Source of the DNA: Eledone cirrhosa
Taxonomy: Eukaryota
Length of the DNA stretch: 64,000 bases
Assembly (NCBI GenBank): GCA_964016885.1
Contig: OZ024764.1
Coordinates: forward strand, 28,396,001 to 28,460,000
Reading direction: 5' to 3'
Below are positions 15,001 through 26,700 of the stretch, one piece after another. Under the pieces are notes generated by a model, which saw only the letters and a list, made by a program, of their open reading frames with translations, was not told the DNA's origin and searched no databases. How positions within the stretch are numbered: position 1 is the stretch's first letter; each line of letters opens with the position of its first letter. The position numbers were made by a program, and so were the translations under genes.

Positions 15001-16078
15001 TTTTTGTGGGACAGCCCATTATCGCCTCTATTCAGCACTTCTAAATGCTGCTTTTTGCAGGTCATAGAAGAGCGTATACATTTTTGTGGGACAGCCCGTT
15101 GTCGCCTCTATTTAGCACTTCTAAATGCTGCTTTTTGCAGGTCATAGAAGAGCGTATACATTTTTGTGGGACAGCCCGTTGTCGCCTCCATACAGCACTT
15201 CTAAGTGCTGCTTTGTGCAGGTCATAGAAGAGCGTATACATTTTTGTGGGACAGCCCGTTGTCGCCTCTATTCAGCACTTCTAAAGGCTGCTTTTTGCAG
15301 GTCATAGAAGAGCGTATACATTTTTGTGGGACAGCCAGTTGTCGCCTCCTTACAGCACTTCTAAATGCTGTTTTGTGCAGGTCATCGAAGAGCGTATACA
15401 TTTTTGTGGGACAGCCCGTTGTCGCCACTATTCAGCACTTCTAAATGCTGTTTTGTGCAGGTCATCGAAGAGCGTATACATTTTTGTGGGACAGCCCGTT
15501 GTCGCCTCTATTCAGCACTTCTAAATGCTGTTTTGGGCAGGTCATAGAAGAGCATATACATTTTTGTGGGACAGCCCGTTGTCGCCACTATTCAGCACTT
15601 CTACATGCTGTTTTGGGCAGGTCATAGAAGAGCATATACATTTTTGTGGGACAGCCCGTTGTCGCCACTATTCAGCACTTCTACATGCTGTTTTGGGCAG
15701 GTCATAGAAGAGCGTATACATTTTTGTGGGACAGCCCGTTGTCGCCACTATTCAGCACTTCTACATGCTGTTTTGGGCAGGTCATAGAAGAGCATATACA
15801 TTTTTGTGGGACAGCCCGTTGTCGCCACTATTCAGCACTTCTACATGCTGTTTTGGGCAGGTCATAGAAGAGCGTATACATTTTTGTGGGACAGCCCGTT
15901 GTCGCCACTATTCAGCACTTCTACATGCTGTTTTGGGCAGGTCATAGAAGAGCATATACATTTTTGTGGGACAGCCCGTTGTCGCCACTATTCAGCACTT
16001 CTAAATGCTGTTTTGTGCAGGTCATCGAAGAGCGTATACATTTTTATGGGACAGCCCGTTGTTGCCACTATTCAGCAC
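1..16078. repeat. 80-bp tandem satellite, ~200 monomers, with higher-order repeat structure; continues past window start
   Basis: Unit GGACAGCCCGTTGTCGCCTCTATTCAGCACTTCTAAATGCTGTTTTGTGCAGGTCATAGAAGAGCGTATACATTTTTGTG repeats every 80 nt with few indels; ends abruptly at ~16078. Confidence 0.98.
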
Positions 16079-16114
16079 TATCGTAACATCATTGCTTCAA
16101 TACCTAGACAGGCT

Positions 16115-16868
16115 GCTGTGTTGTGTTCTTGAGTAAGACACTTTATTTCCCATTGCTCCAGTACACTGGGCTGAGAGTGAATAACAACAGAAGCTAGGGA
16201 GTTAATCCTGCGATAGACTGGTGTCCTATCCAGGGAGAGTCTTGTACTCTCAGTCGCTTAATGCCAAGGAAACCAGAGATAAGCACCTGCAGTAGTTAGG
16301 GAGTTAATCCTGCGATAGACTGGTGTCCTATCCAGGGAGAGTCGTGTACTCTCAGTCGCTTAATGCCAAGGAAACCAGAGATAAGCACCTGCAGTAGTTA
16401 GGGAGTTAATCCTGCGATAGACTGGTGTCCTATCCAGGGAGAGTCGTGTACTCTCAGTCGCTTAATGCCAAGGAAACCAGAGATAAGCACCTGCAGTAGG
16501 TAGGGAGTTAATCCTGCGATAGACTGGTGTCCTATCCAGGGAGAGTCGTGTACTCTCAGTCGCTTAATGCCAAGGAAACCAGAGATAAGCACTTGCAGTA
16601 AGTAGGGAGTTAATCCTGCGATAGACTGTTGTCCTATCCAGGGAGAGTCTTGTACTCTCAGTCGCTTAATGCCAAGGAAACCAGAGATAAGCACCTGCAG
16701 TAGGTAGGGAGTTAATCCTGCGATAGACTGTTGTCCTATCCAGGGAGAGTCTTGTACTCTCAGTCGCTTAATGCCAAGGAAACCAGAGATAAGCACTTGC
16801 AGTAGGTAGGGAGTTAATCCTGCGATAGACTGGCATCCTATCCAGAGAGAGACATATTCGCAGTCGCT
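16115..16868 (+). repeat. SINE-derived 102-bp tandem repeat (~6.5 copies)
   Basis: GGGAGTTAATCCTGCGATAGACTGG... recurs at 16197, 16299, 16401, 16503, 16605, 16707 and 16809. It is preceded by the SINE central motif TGTTCTTGAGTAAGACACTTTATTTC seen in other SINEs in the window. Confidence 0.85.
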
Positions 16869-17152
16869 CAGTTGTCCCCTGGTATTCACGGGGGTTACTT
16901 TTCTAGGGCACCCACAAAGAGTGAAAACCCGAGAATATTGGACATGGCCCATAAAAATGCCTATAAACATCAAAACAACATAAAATATAGGCTAGCAAAT
17001 ACAGTATATTGTTATTAATAATTTTGCACTAATATATATTGCCACGAAAAAAGCCATTAAAAAGTCGCGGAAGATATTTACGAATCCACGAATATGCGGT
17101 GGTTTCCAAGATCATTTAGTTAGGTTCTGAGGAAAATTCCAGGGGTACACTG
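16869..17152. mobile_element. Tigger/pogo-like (Tc1-mariner superfamily) MITE remnant
   Basis: Imperfect TIRs CAGTTGTCCCCTGGTATT ... AATTCCAGGGGTACACTG followed by TA; the left end resembles MER2/Tigger-type termini. Confidence 0.6.
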
Positions 17153-17227
17153 TATACATATATATTGAAATAGACGGGAGAGGATAGAAAAGAGGTGAAA
17201 TATATGAAGATGTAAGAGCCTACAAAC

Positions 17228-17271
17228 CTGCCAAATAAGGAACTGTCTGAGGTGTGACTTCAAACTTATCC
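17228..17271 (-). CDS. NF1: Neurofibromin exon (19th in window): (R)DKFEVTPQTVPYLA(A)
   Basis: TAG|G...G|GTTTGT, 44 nt, phase fits the previous exon; matches human NF1 CDKFEVNTQSVAYLA. Not in the ORF track. Confidence 0.93.
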
Positions 17272-17357
17272 CTAGAAAAAAAAAAAGAAAAAAAAGAAAA
17301 AAGAAAAAAAAAGGGTCAACGTCAGAACAATTTTCATGGTTAATATTTAATGAAGCC

Positions 17358-17552
17358 GTGTAGGTAACACGGTAAAAACCTCCCAGCCCAGTCCACACTG
17401 TAAATGTGGTTGGTGTTATGAAGGGCATCCAGCCGTAGAAAAATCGCCAGACAGTCCTGAGCAAGACAACCAATCTTGCCTCAAGTGGGACAATTCCCGT
17501 CTAAACCCATGCTAGCGTGGAAGATGGACGTTAAACAGTGATGATGATGATG
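17358..17552 (+). mobile_element. SINE 3' part with RTE-like tail and (GAT)n end
   Basis: GGTGTTATGAAGGGCATCCAGCCGTAGAAA...AACCCATGCTAGCGTGGAAGATGGACGTTAAAC-(GAT)n; many copies in the window. Confidence 0.8.
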
Positions 17553-17554
17553 AA

Positions 17555-17735
17555 GGCGCATGGTTTACTGGTTAGAGCATTGGGCTTGCAATCGGAAGGT
17601 TGTGAGTTCGATTTTCGGACCAGGTGATGCATTGTGTCCTTGAGTAAGACATTTTATTTCACGTTGCTCCAGTTTACTCAGCTGTAGAAATGAGTTGTGA
17701 CGTCACTGGTGTCAAGCTGTACCTTTCCCTTGGAC
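17555..17735 (+). mobile_element. tRNA-derived SINE 5' part
   Basis: A-box-like TGGTTTACTGG and B-box-like GTTCGATT, then GTGTCCTTGAGTAAGACA central motif; body resumes around 18060-18245. Confidence 0.8.
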
Positions 17736-18273
17736 ATCATATATAGTGTATATATATAGTGTATATATATGTTGGGACATCACTGGTGTCAAGCTGTAAC
17801 AGCCATTACCTTTCCCTTGGACATCATCATATGTAGTTTAGTGTATATATAGTCTAAATATAGTGTATATAAGGTGTATGCTGTGTATATATAGTAAGTC
17901 TATGAGATATATATATATATATATAACGAAGGAATTGTGGTAAGGAACTAGATGGACCATAATGTACCAGAGTACTCAATACTTAGGGTAGTAGAGTGGG
18001 AAATAGGAAAAAGTATGACCCCGACGGCAGAGCTCAAGCCGTTTCAATATATATATTGTCATGTCACTGGTGTCAAGCTGTATCAGCCATTGCCTTTCCC
18101 TTGGACATCATCAGTTGTGTGGAGAAGAGAGGCTGGTATATATGGGTGACCGCTGGTCTTCCACAAACAACCTTGGCCAGACTTATGTCCTGGAGAGAAA
18201 CTTTCTAGGAGCAAGCCCCTAAGTCATTAGTGACCAAAGGGGGTCACTCACACACACACATAAATATGCATGC

Positions 18274-18306
<33 letters not shown>

Positions 18307-18323
18307 AACATATATATATATGT

Positions 18324-18505
18324 AAGAGATGTCAACATGAATGGACCTGTTATTATTTTTATCTAAAGACATTTTTCCAATTCCACCCCGCCCGTCCCCT
18401 CAATCTATCTTATTTCTCATTATTTCTTCTGATGAAGGACTAGCGTCCGAAACGTTAAGACCCTCTTCCTGCTATATCAAGCGTTAACCTAATATATCCC
18501 TTCCA
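18324..18505 (+). mobile_element. Short interspersed repeat carrying a minimal hammerhead (likely Penelope pLTR-derived); inverted copy at ~40075-40270
   Basis: Near-identical sequence on the opposite strand at 40075-40260 and a partial copy at 40635-40697; flanked by (TA)n. Confidence 0.75.
18425..18460 (+). ncRNA. Minimal type I hammerhead ribozyme motif
   Basis: TCTT-CTGATGA-A-GGAC-TAGC-GTCC-GAAA-CG-TT-AAGA: stem I TCTT/AAGA, intact core, stem II GGAC/GTCC, palindromic AACGTT stem III. Confidence 0.75.
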
Positions 18506-18526
18506 TATACTGTACTGATTGTGTTG

Positions 18527-18571
<45 letters not shown>

Positions 18572-18651
18572 TATATATATATACACACACACACATGTAT
18601 ATATATACACACACACACACATATATATATATATGTAGACAATATACATAC

Positions 18652-18739
18652 CTATTTAATGGTTTCACTGTAATGACCAGCAACTGATTGAGGACTCGGA
18701 TTGTCCGAGATACTGTTGTTGGAGACGTGTGTCGGAACC
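18652..18739 (-). CDS. NF1: Neurofibromin exon: (G)FRHTSPTTVSRTIRVLNQLLVITVKPLN(R)
   Basis: CAG|GG...AG|GTATGT, 88 nt; matches human GYRHPSPAIVARTVRILHTLL. Confidence 0.95.
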
Positions 18740-18847
18740 CTGGAGAAGGAAGAGATGGAGAGGTAGAGAGAGAGAGAGAGGGGGAAGGGAGAGAGAGTGT
18801 GTGTACATACTTCGTTGACAAGTATTTCATTTATTCTAGTATTATCA

Positions 18848-19011
18848 ACATCTGGTCTATTTCTAGCAACATCTGGTCTATTTTTAGCAACATCTGGTTT
18901 ATTTCTAGCTACATCTGGTCTATTTTTAGCAACATTTGGTGTCTATTTAAAGTAACATTTGGTCTATTTCTAGCAACATCTGGTTCATTTCTAGATTCAA
19001 GAGATGGAGAG

Positions 19012-19087
<76 letters not shown>

Positions 19088-19335
19088 GTTCATTGACACG
19101 TATTTCATTTATTCTAGTATTGTCAATATCTGGTCTATTTCTAGCAACATCTGGTCTATTTATAGCAACATCTGGTCTATTTCTAGCAACATCTGGTCTA
19201 TTTCTAGCAATATCTGGTTCATTTCTAGCAACATCTGGTCTATTTAAAGTAACATCTGCTCTATTTCTAGCAACATCTGGTCTATTTAAAGCTACATCTT
19301 GTCTACATCTAGCTATATCTGGTCTATTTATAGCA
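18848..19335. repeat. 21-bp minisatellite (TCTAGCAACATCTGGTCTATT) in two blocks separated by (GA)n
   Basis: Direct inspection; the surrounding (GA)n+flank module is itself duplicated (18750-18850 vs 19000-19130). Confidence 0.85.
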
Positions 19336-19439
19336 GAGATTCTCAAAACTGTTGGGGGCCACAGCCCCCAACCATATTCAGAGAGACCTGCCTACCAACA
19401 AATTGTAAATAATAAATTAAATCGTTAATTTATATATAA

Positions 19440-20017
19440 CTAGCAATGGTACCCGGTGTTGCACGAGATAAGGTATTGTGAAATATATAACTGCCTTAGC
19501 TAAGCTTAGTATTGCCACAACCACGGCTGGCAAAGAAGTAAGGCTCTGGTGGTACGTAAAGTAAGCAACACTGTGGCTTAAAACGTGAAGAAGAAGTTGT
19601 GTGCACATACCAACTGTTTGGGGAATGAGTGTGAGATTTGTCTTGAGCAAGGGTGGCAGAATAACCGGAGGCAGCAGACAGCCAGACATACAGACATATT
19701 ATAAGGGCGCGTTCTGGATGCAGAGCGAATTGTAGGAAGTGACGTAATGCAGACAGCCAGACATACTATAAGGGCGCAACGTTATATGTATGTATCTATC
19801 TAAAAAAGAGAAAGACTAAGAATTATATAGAGAGATCGCTAAATTGCCTAATGCGGTCCCTAGGGCATTGAAAATTTGAAATTGTTTTTGCTCAGAACAC
19901 TCCCTGAAACATAAGTATTACATGTGTAAAGTTTGAAAACAGTCGGATGGGTGCTTCTCTAGTTTTAGGGATTCAAACTCACAGACAAGCAGACATCCTC
20001 AGTTTTATATATATAGA
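19440..20017 (-). mobile_element. Non-autonomous Helitron-like element (Lep1-type termini)
   Basis: On the minus strand it starts A|TCTATATATATAAAA and ends CTAG|T, with a degenerate subterminal GC hairpin (plus-strand CCCGGTGTTGCACGAG) and ACAGACA motifs; no TSD. Confidence 0.6.
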
Positions 20018-20053
20018 TAATAAAATATACACAACAAAAAACACAGTCCACGC

Positions 20054-21988
20054 TGTGTGTTTTTTTGTCGTGACCCCTACACGGCCACATTACAGCGTGG
20101 ACTGTGTGTTTTTTTGTCGTGACACCTACACAGTCACATTACAGCGTGGACTGTGTGTTTTTTTGTCATGACACTTACACGGCCACATTACAGCGTGGAT
20201 TGTATGTTTTTTTTGTCGTGACCCCTACACGGCCACATTACAGCGTGGACTGTGTGTTTTTGTCGTGACACCTACACGGCCACATTACAGCGTGGACTGT
20301 GTGTTTTTGTCGTGACACCTACACGGCCACATTACAGCGTGGACTGTGTGTTTTTGTCGTGACACCTACACGGCCACATTACAGCGTGGACTGTGTTTTT
20401 TTGTCATGACACTTACACGGCCACATTACAGCGTGGACTGTGTGTTTTTTTGTCGTGACCCCTACACGGCCACATTACAGCGTGGACTGTGTGTTTTTTT
20501 TGTCATGACACTTACACGGCCACATTACAGCGTGGACCGTGTGTTTTTTTGTCATGACACCTACACGGCCACATTACAGCGTGGACTGTGTGTTTTTGTC
20601 GTGACACCTACACGGCCACATTACAGCGTGGACTGTGTTTTTTTGTCATGACACCTACACGGCCACATTACAGCGTGGACTGTGTGTTTTTTTGTCGTGA
20701 CACTTACACGGCCACATTACAGCGTGGACCGTGTGTTTTTTTGTCATGACACTTACACGGCCACATTACAGCGTGGACTGTGTGTTTTTTTGTCATGACA
20801 CCTACACGGCCACATTACAGCGTGGACTGTGTGTTTTTGTCGTGACACCTACACGGCCACATTACAGCGTGGACTGTGTTTTTTTGTCATGACACCTACA
20901 CGGCCACATTACAGCGTGGACTGTGTGTTTTTGTCGTGACACCTACACGGCCACATTACAGCGTGGACCGTGTGTTTTTTTGTCGTGACACTTACACGGC
21001 CACATTACAGCGTGGACTGTATGTTTTTTTGTCATGACACCTACACGGCCACATTACAGCGTGGACCGTGTGTTTTTTTGTCGTGACACTTACACGGCCA
21101 CATTACAGCGTGGACTGTATGTTTTTTTTGTCATGACACCTACACGGCCACATTACAGCGTGGACCGTGTGTTTTTTTGTTGTGACACTTACACGGCCAC
21201 ATTACAGCGTGGACTGTATGTTTTTTTGTCATGACACCTACACGGCCACATTACAGCGTGGACCGTGTGTTTTTTTGTCATGACACTTACACGGCCACAT
21301 TACAGCGTGGACCGTGTGTTTTTTTGTCGTGACACTTACACGGCCACATTACAGCGTGGACTGTGTGTTTTTTTGTCGTGACACCTACACGGCCACATTA
21401 CAGCGTGGACTGTGTGTTTTTTTGTCGTGACACGTACACGGCCACATTACAGCGTGGACTGTATGTTTTTTTGTCGTGACACCTACACGGCCACATTACA
21501 GCGTGGACTGTGTGTTTTTGTCATGACACTTACACGGCCACATTACAGCGTGGACTGTGTGTTTTTTTGTCGTGACACCTACACGGCCACATTACAGCGT
21601 GGACTGTGTGTTTTTTTGTCGTGACACCTACACGGCCACATTACAGAGTGGACTGTGTGTTTTTTTGTCGTGACACCTACACAGTCACATTACAGCGTGG
21701 ACTGTGTGTTTTTTTGTCATGACACCTACACGGCCACATTACAGCGTGGACTGTGTGTTTTTTTGTCGTGACACCTACACGGCCACATTACAGCGTGGAC
21801 TGTATGTTTTTTTGTCGTGACCCCTACACGGCCACATTACAGCGTGGACTGTGTGTTTTTTTGTCGTGACACCTACACGGCCACATTACAGCGTGGACTG
21901 TGTGTTTTTTTGTCGTGACACTTACACGGCCACATTACAGCGTGGACTGTGTGTTTTTTTTGTCGTGACACCTACACGGCCACATTAG
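20054..21988. repeat. ~50-bp SINE-derived minisatellite (~38 copies)
   Basis: Unit GTGGACTGTGTGTTTTTTTGTCGTGACACCTACACGGCCACATTACAGC; the same segment occurs as 1-2 copies inside SINEs at 37975-38030 and 39570-39625. Confidence 0.93.
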
Positions 21989-22166
21989 TTTGGACTGGAT
22001 GTTGTGGTACCAACATAACTTTATACTATGTATAAATAAATATATATTTTTTATTTTACTATATGTATCATTTGATATTTAATATACTATTATATCATCT
22101 CTACCACCACCCCTGGACCTTCGCAATGCCCTCAACAACAACAGCATGAAGAAAGAGCATCCTTAC

Positions 22167-22293
22167 CCTTGAGCAAGTGACCAACTAGAGCAAAGTTGAA
22201 GTTATGTCTAAAGCTAAGTCCCATGGAGTGATCTAGTTGTTTGAAGTGCCACTCCAGGGGGGTCCGAGTCTCCATCATAATTTGTTCAAGTGA
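22167..22293 (-). CDS. NF1: Neurofibromin exon: [42 protein letters not shown](G)
   Basis: CAG|TCA...G|GTAAGG, 127 nt; matches human [32 protein letters not shown]. Confidence 0.97.
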
Positions 22294-22664
22294 CTGAAAG
22301 AAAAGAAAAGAAGATGAGTTGAAAACAGGGGTCAAAGGTTAGGGTGTGAGGTTACATCAGTGTGAGTGTGAGTGTGAGTATGAGTGTCTGTGTGAGTGAG
22401 AGCTTGAGTGTGAGTGAGTATGAGTGTCTGTGTGAGTGAGAGCTTGAGTGTGAGTGTGTGACTATGTGTGAGTGTGAATGTAAGTGTCTGTGTGAGTGTA
22501 TGAGTAAGTGTGTGTGAGTGAGAGAGTGTGCATGTGTGTGTGTGTGTGTGTGAGAGAGTGTGCATGTGTGTGAGTGAGAGAGTGTGTATGTATACATGTG
22601 TGTGCGTGAGTGTCTGCATGTTTGTGTGAGTGTATATATGAGTAAGTGGGTGTGTGAATGTATA

Positions 22665-23010
22665 TATACACCACTATATACACACTCTATTGTCAAGAAA
22701 GAAGAAAACTCTATATACATCCCTACATACACTCATCATGTAGAAATATTTCTATATACACTCACCATGTTGTCAGGGAAACTCTATATACACTCACCAA
22801 GTAGAAATTCCTCTATATACACTCACCATGTAGAAATTCCTCTATATACACTCACCAAGTAGAAATTCCTCTATATACACTCACCATGTAGAAATTCCTC
22901 TATATACACTCACCAAGTAGAAATTCCTCTATATACACTCACCATGTAGAAATTCCTCTATATACACTCACCCTATTGTCAAGAAAGCAGAAATTTCTCT
23001 AAACACTCAC
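22665..23010 (-). repeat. 29-bp minisatellite derived from the NF1 exon donor site (G|GTGAGT in each unit)
   Basis: Plus-strand CACTCACCA(A/T)GTAGAAATTCCTCTATATA; CTCACC at ~22761, 22793, 22822, 22851, 22880, 22909, 22938 and 22967, next to the real donor at 23005-23010. Confidence 0.85.
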
Positions 23011-23151
23011 CGTATTGTCCAGCAGACCCAGATTGTCAAGTGTGTGTAAGTTCTGCTCCAGTAGAGCCAGGCCTGTTGCATACAGAGATTTTACATCAAG
23101 TTGCAACACTGATATCCCCACCCAGAAGAGGAACTTATGGATTGGAGATTC
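23011..23151 (-). CDS. NF1: Neurofibromin exon: [47 protein letters not shown]
   Basis: CAG|GAA...ACG|GTGAGT, 141 nt; matches human [39 protein letters not shown]. Confidence 0.97.
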
Positions 23152-23224
23152 CTGCAAGGGAGAGAGAGATAGTAAATATATGTTAGTAACTCTTTTCTTA
23201 CAATATTTCTTATGAAAGATATCT

Positions 23225-23497
23225 GGCAGGTTTTCTATGGCTGGATGCCCTTCCTAACACCAACCTCATTTCAGTGAGTGCTGGGTGCTTTTTTGCCGTG
23301 GCACCTCCACGACCACTTTGCAGTGGAATGATAGGGACCCCAGTCCCTATCATCTCATTTCTACAGCTGAGTAAACTGGAGCAATGTGAAATAAAGTGTC
23401 TTGCTCAAGGAAACAACACATCACCCGGTCTGAAAATTGAGCTCACAACCTTTCAAATGCAAGGTCAATGCTCTAACCACTAAGCCATGTGCCTCCA
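23225..23497 (-). mobile_element. tRNA-derived SINE (same family as 30486-30826 and 40930-41260)
   Basis: Near-identical to the two other copies; head GGAGGCACATGGCTTAGTGGTTAGAGC on the minus strand. Confidence 0.9.
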
Positions 23498-23748
23498 TTG
23501 CATATATATATATATATACACACACACTCATAGCAGTGGTTTAGCAACAGTTAGTTCACCATACCGAGAACAATTGTTTCATCTTAGCAGATATATATAA
23601 ATGTATGAATATGCACATACATACATGCACACATATATACACATATGCGCAGCATGTTGAGAAAAAACCTACTATATTATACTTTGCAAATCTTCTTCTT
23701 TGCCCCCTTATTTCTGAGAGGGTTGTGGGTGCCTGTTATATATTATAT

Positions 23749-26700
23749 TTAACCCTTTAGCATTCACATTACTCTGTATCTACTATTGTACTTTTACAGT
23801 AAAAGCTTTACCTCACATAATTATTCACATCGATTCTATGAGATTTTGATGATTTTATTATTTACTTTGAAAACAAGACCTTAACATCAGTATGAGTAGC
23901 TAGTTACAGCCAGTTTGAACAGAAAGAGGTGAGAGAATTCTGGCCAGTTACGGCCGGTTTTAACAGAAAGAGGTGAGAGAATTCTGGCCATTTACAGCCG
24001 GTTTTAACAGAAAGAGGTGAGAGAATTCTGGCCATTTACAGCCAGTTTGAACAGAAAGAGGTGAGAGAATTCTGGCCAGTTACGACCGGTTTTAACAGAA
24101 AGAGGTGAGAGAATTCTGGCCAGTTACGGCCGGTTTTAACAGAAAGAGGTGAGAGAATTCTGGCCAGTTACAGCCAGTTTGAACAGAAAGAGGTGAGAGA
24201 ATTCTGGCCAGTTACGGCCGGTTTTAACAGAAAGAGGTGAGAGAATTCTGGCCATTTACAGCCAGTTTGAACAGAAAGAGGTGAGAGAATTCTGGCCAGT
24301 TACGGCCGGTTTTAACAGAAAGAGGTGAGAGAATTCTGGCCAGTTACGGCCGATTTTAACAGAAAGAGGTGAGAGAATTCTGGCCAGTTACGGCTGGTTT
24401 TAACAGAAAGAGGTGAGAGAATTCTGGCCATTTACAGCCGGTTTTAACAGAAAGAGGTGAGAGAATTCTGGCCAGTTACGGCTGGTTTTAACAGAAAGAG
24501 GTGAGAGAATTCTGGCCATTTACAGCCGGTTTTAACAGAAAGAGGTGAGAGAATTCTGGCCAGTTACGGCCGGTTTTAACAGAAAGAGGTGAGAGAATTC
24601 TGGCCAGTTACAGCCAGTTTGAACAGAAAGAGGTGAGAGAATTCTGGCCAGTTACGGCCGGTTTTAACAGAAAGAGGTGAGAGAATTCTGGCCAGTTACG
24701 GCCGATTTTAACAGAAAGAGGTGAGAGAATTCTGGCCAGTTACGGCTGGTTTTAACAGAAAGAGGTGAGAGAATTCTGGCCATTTACAGCCGGTTTTAAC
24801 AGAAAGAGGTGAGAGAATTCTGGCCAGTTACGGCTGGTTTTAACAGAAAGAGGTGAGAGAATTCTGGCCATTTACAGCCGGTTTGAACAGAAAGAGGTGA
24901 GAGAATTCTGGCCAGTTACGGCCGGTTTTAACAGAAAGAGGTGAGAGAATTCTGGCCATTTACAGCCGGTTTGAACAGAAAGAGGTGAGAGAATTCTGGC
25001 CATTTACAGCCGGTTTGAACAAAAAGAGGTGAGAGAATTCTGGCCATTTACAGCCGGTTTGAACAGAAAGAGGTGAGAGAATTCTGACCAGTTACAGCCA
25101 GTTTGAACAGAAAGAGGTGAGAGAATTCTGGCCATTTACAGCCGGTTTGAACAAAAAGAGGTGAGAGAATTCTGGCCATTTACAGCCAGTTTGAACAGAA
25201 AGAGGTGAGAGAATTCTGGCCATTTACAGCCGGTTTCAACAGAAAGAGGTGAGAGAATTCTGGCCAGTTACAGCCGGTTTTAACAGAAAGAGGTGAGAGA
25301 ATTCTGGCTAGTTACGGCCGGTTTTAACAGAAAGAGGTGAGAGAATTCTGGCCATTTACAGCCGGTTTTAACAGAAAGAGGTGAGAGAATTCTGGCCAGT
25401 TACGGCCGGTTTTAACAGAAAGAGGTGAGAGAATTCTGGCCATTTACAGCCGGTTTTAACAGAAAGAGGTGAGAGAATTCTGGCCAGTTACAGCCGGTTT
25501 GAACAGAAAGAGGTGAGAGAATTCTGGCCAGTTACGGCCGGTTTTAACAGAAAGAGGTGAGAGAATTCTGGCCAGTTACGGCCGGTTTTAACAGAAAGAG
25601 GTGAGAGAATTCTGGCCAGTTACGGCCGGTTTTAACAGAAAGAGGTGAGAGAATTCTGGCCAGTTACGGCCGGTTTTAACAGAAAGAGGTGAGAGAATTC
25701 TGGCCATTTACAGCCGGTTTGAACAGAAAGAGGTGAGAGAATTCTGGCCAGTTACAGCCAGTTTGAACAGAAAGAGGTGAGAGAATTCTGGCCATTTACA
25801 GCCGGTTTGAACAGAAAGAGGTGAGAGAATTCTGGCCATTTACAGCCGGTTTTAACAGAAAGAGGTGAGAGAATTCTGGCCAGTTACAGCCAGTTTGAAC
25901 AGAAAGAGGTGAGAGAATTCTGGCCAGTTACAGCCAGTTTGAACAGAAAGAGGTGAGAGAATTCTGGCCATTTACAGCCGGTTTGAACAGAAAGAGGTGA
26001 GAGAATTCTGGCCATTTACAGCCGGTTTTAACAGAAAGAGGTGAGAGAATTCTGGCCATTTACAGCCGGTTTGAACAGAAAGAGGTGAGAGAATTCTGGC
26101 CATTTACAGCCGGTTTTAACAGAAAGAGGTGAGAGAATTCTGACCAGTTACAGCCAGTTTGAACAGAAAGAGGTGAGAGAATTCTGGCCATTTACAGCCG
26201 GTTTGAACAGAAAGAGGTGAGAGAATTCTGGCCATTTACAGCCGGTTTGAACAAAAAGAGGTGAGAGAATTCTGGCCATTTACAGCCGGTTTGAACAGAA
26301 AGAGGTGAGAGAATTCTGACCAGTTACAGCCAGTTTGAACAGAAAGAGGTGAGAGAATTCTGGCCATTTACAGCCGGTTTGAACAAAAAGAGGTGAGAGA
26401 ATTCTGGCCATTTACAGCCAGTTTGAACAGAAAGAGGTGAGAGAATTCTGGCCAGTTACGGCTGGTTTTAACAGAAAGAGGTGAGAGAATTCTGGCCATT
26501 TACAGCCGGTTTTAACAGAAAGAGGTGAGAGAATTCTGGCCAGTTACGGCTGGTTTTAACAGAAAGAGGTGAGAGAATTCTGGCCATTTACAGCCGGTTT
26601 TAACAGAAAGAGGTGAGAGAATTCTGGCCAGTTACGGCCGGTTTTAACAGAAAGCGGTGAGAGAATTCTGGCCAGTTACAGCCAGTTTGAACAGAAAGAG

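Noticed and set aside
1-16132. Hundreds of 60-185 aa ORFs, and a CRISPR-like regular periodicity
   Set aside because: They are frame-cycling translations of an 80-bp satellite. There are no unique spacers, no cas genes, and the context is eukaryotic.
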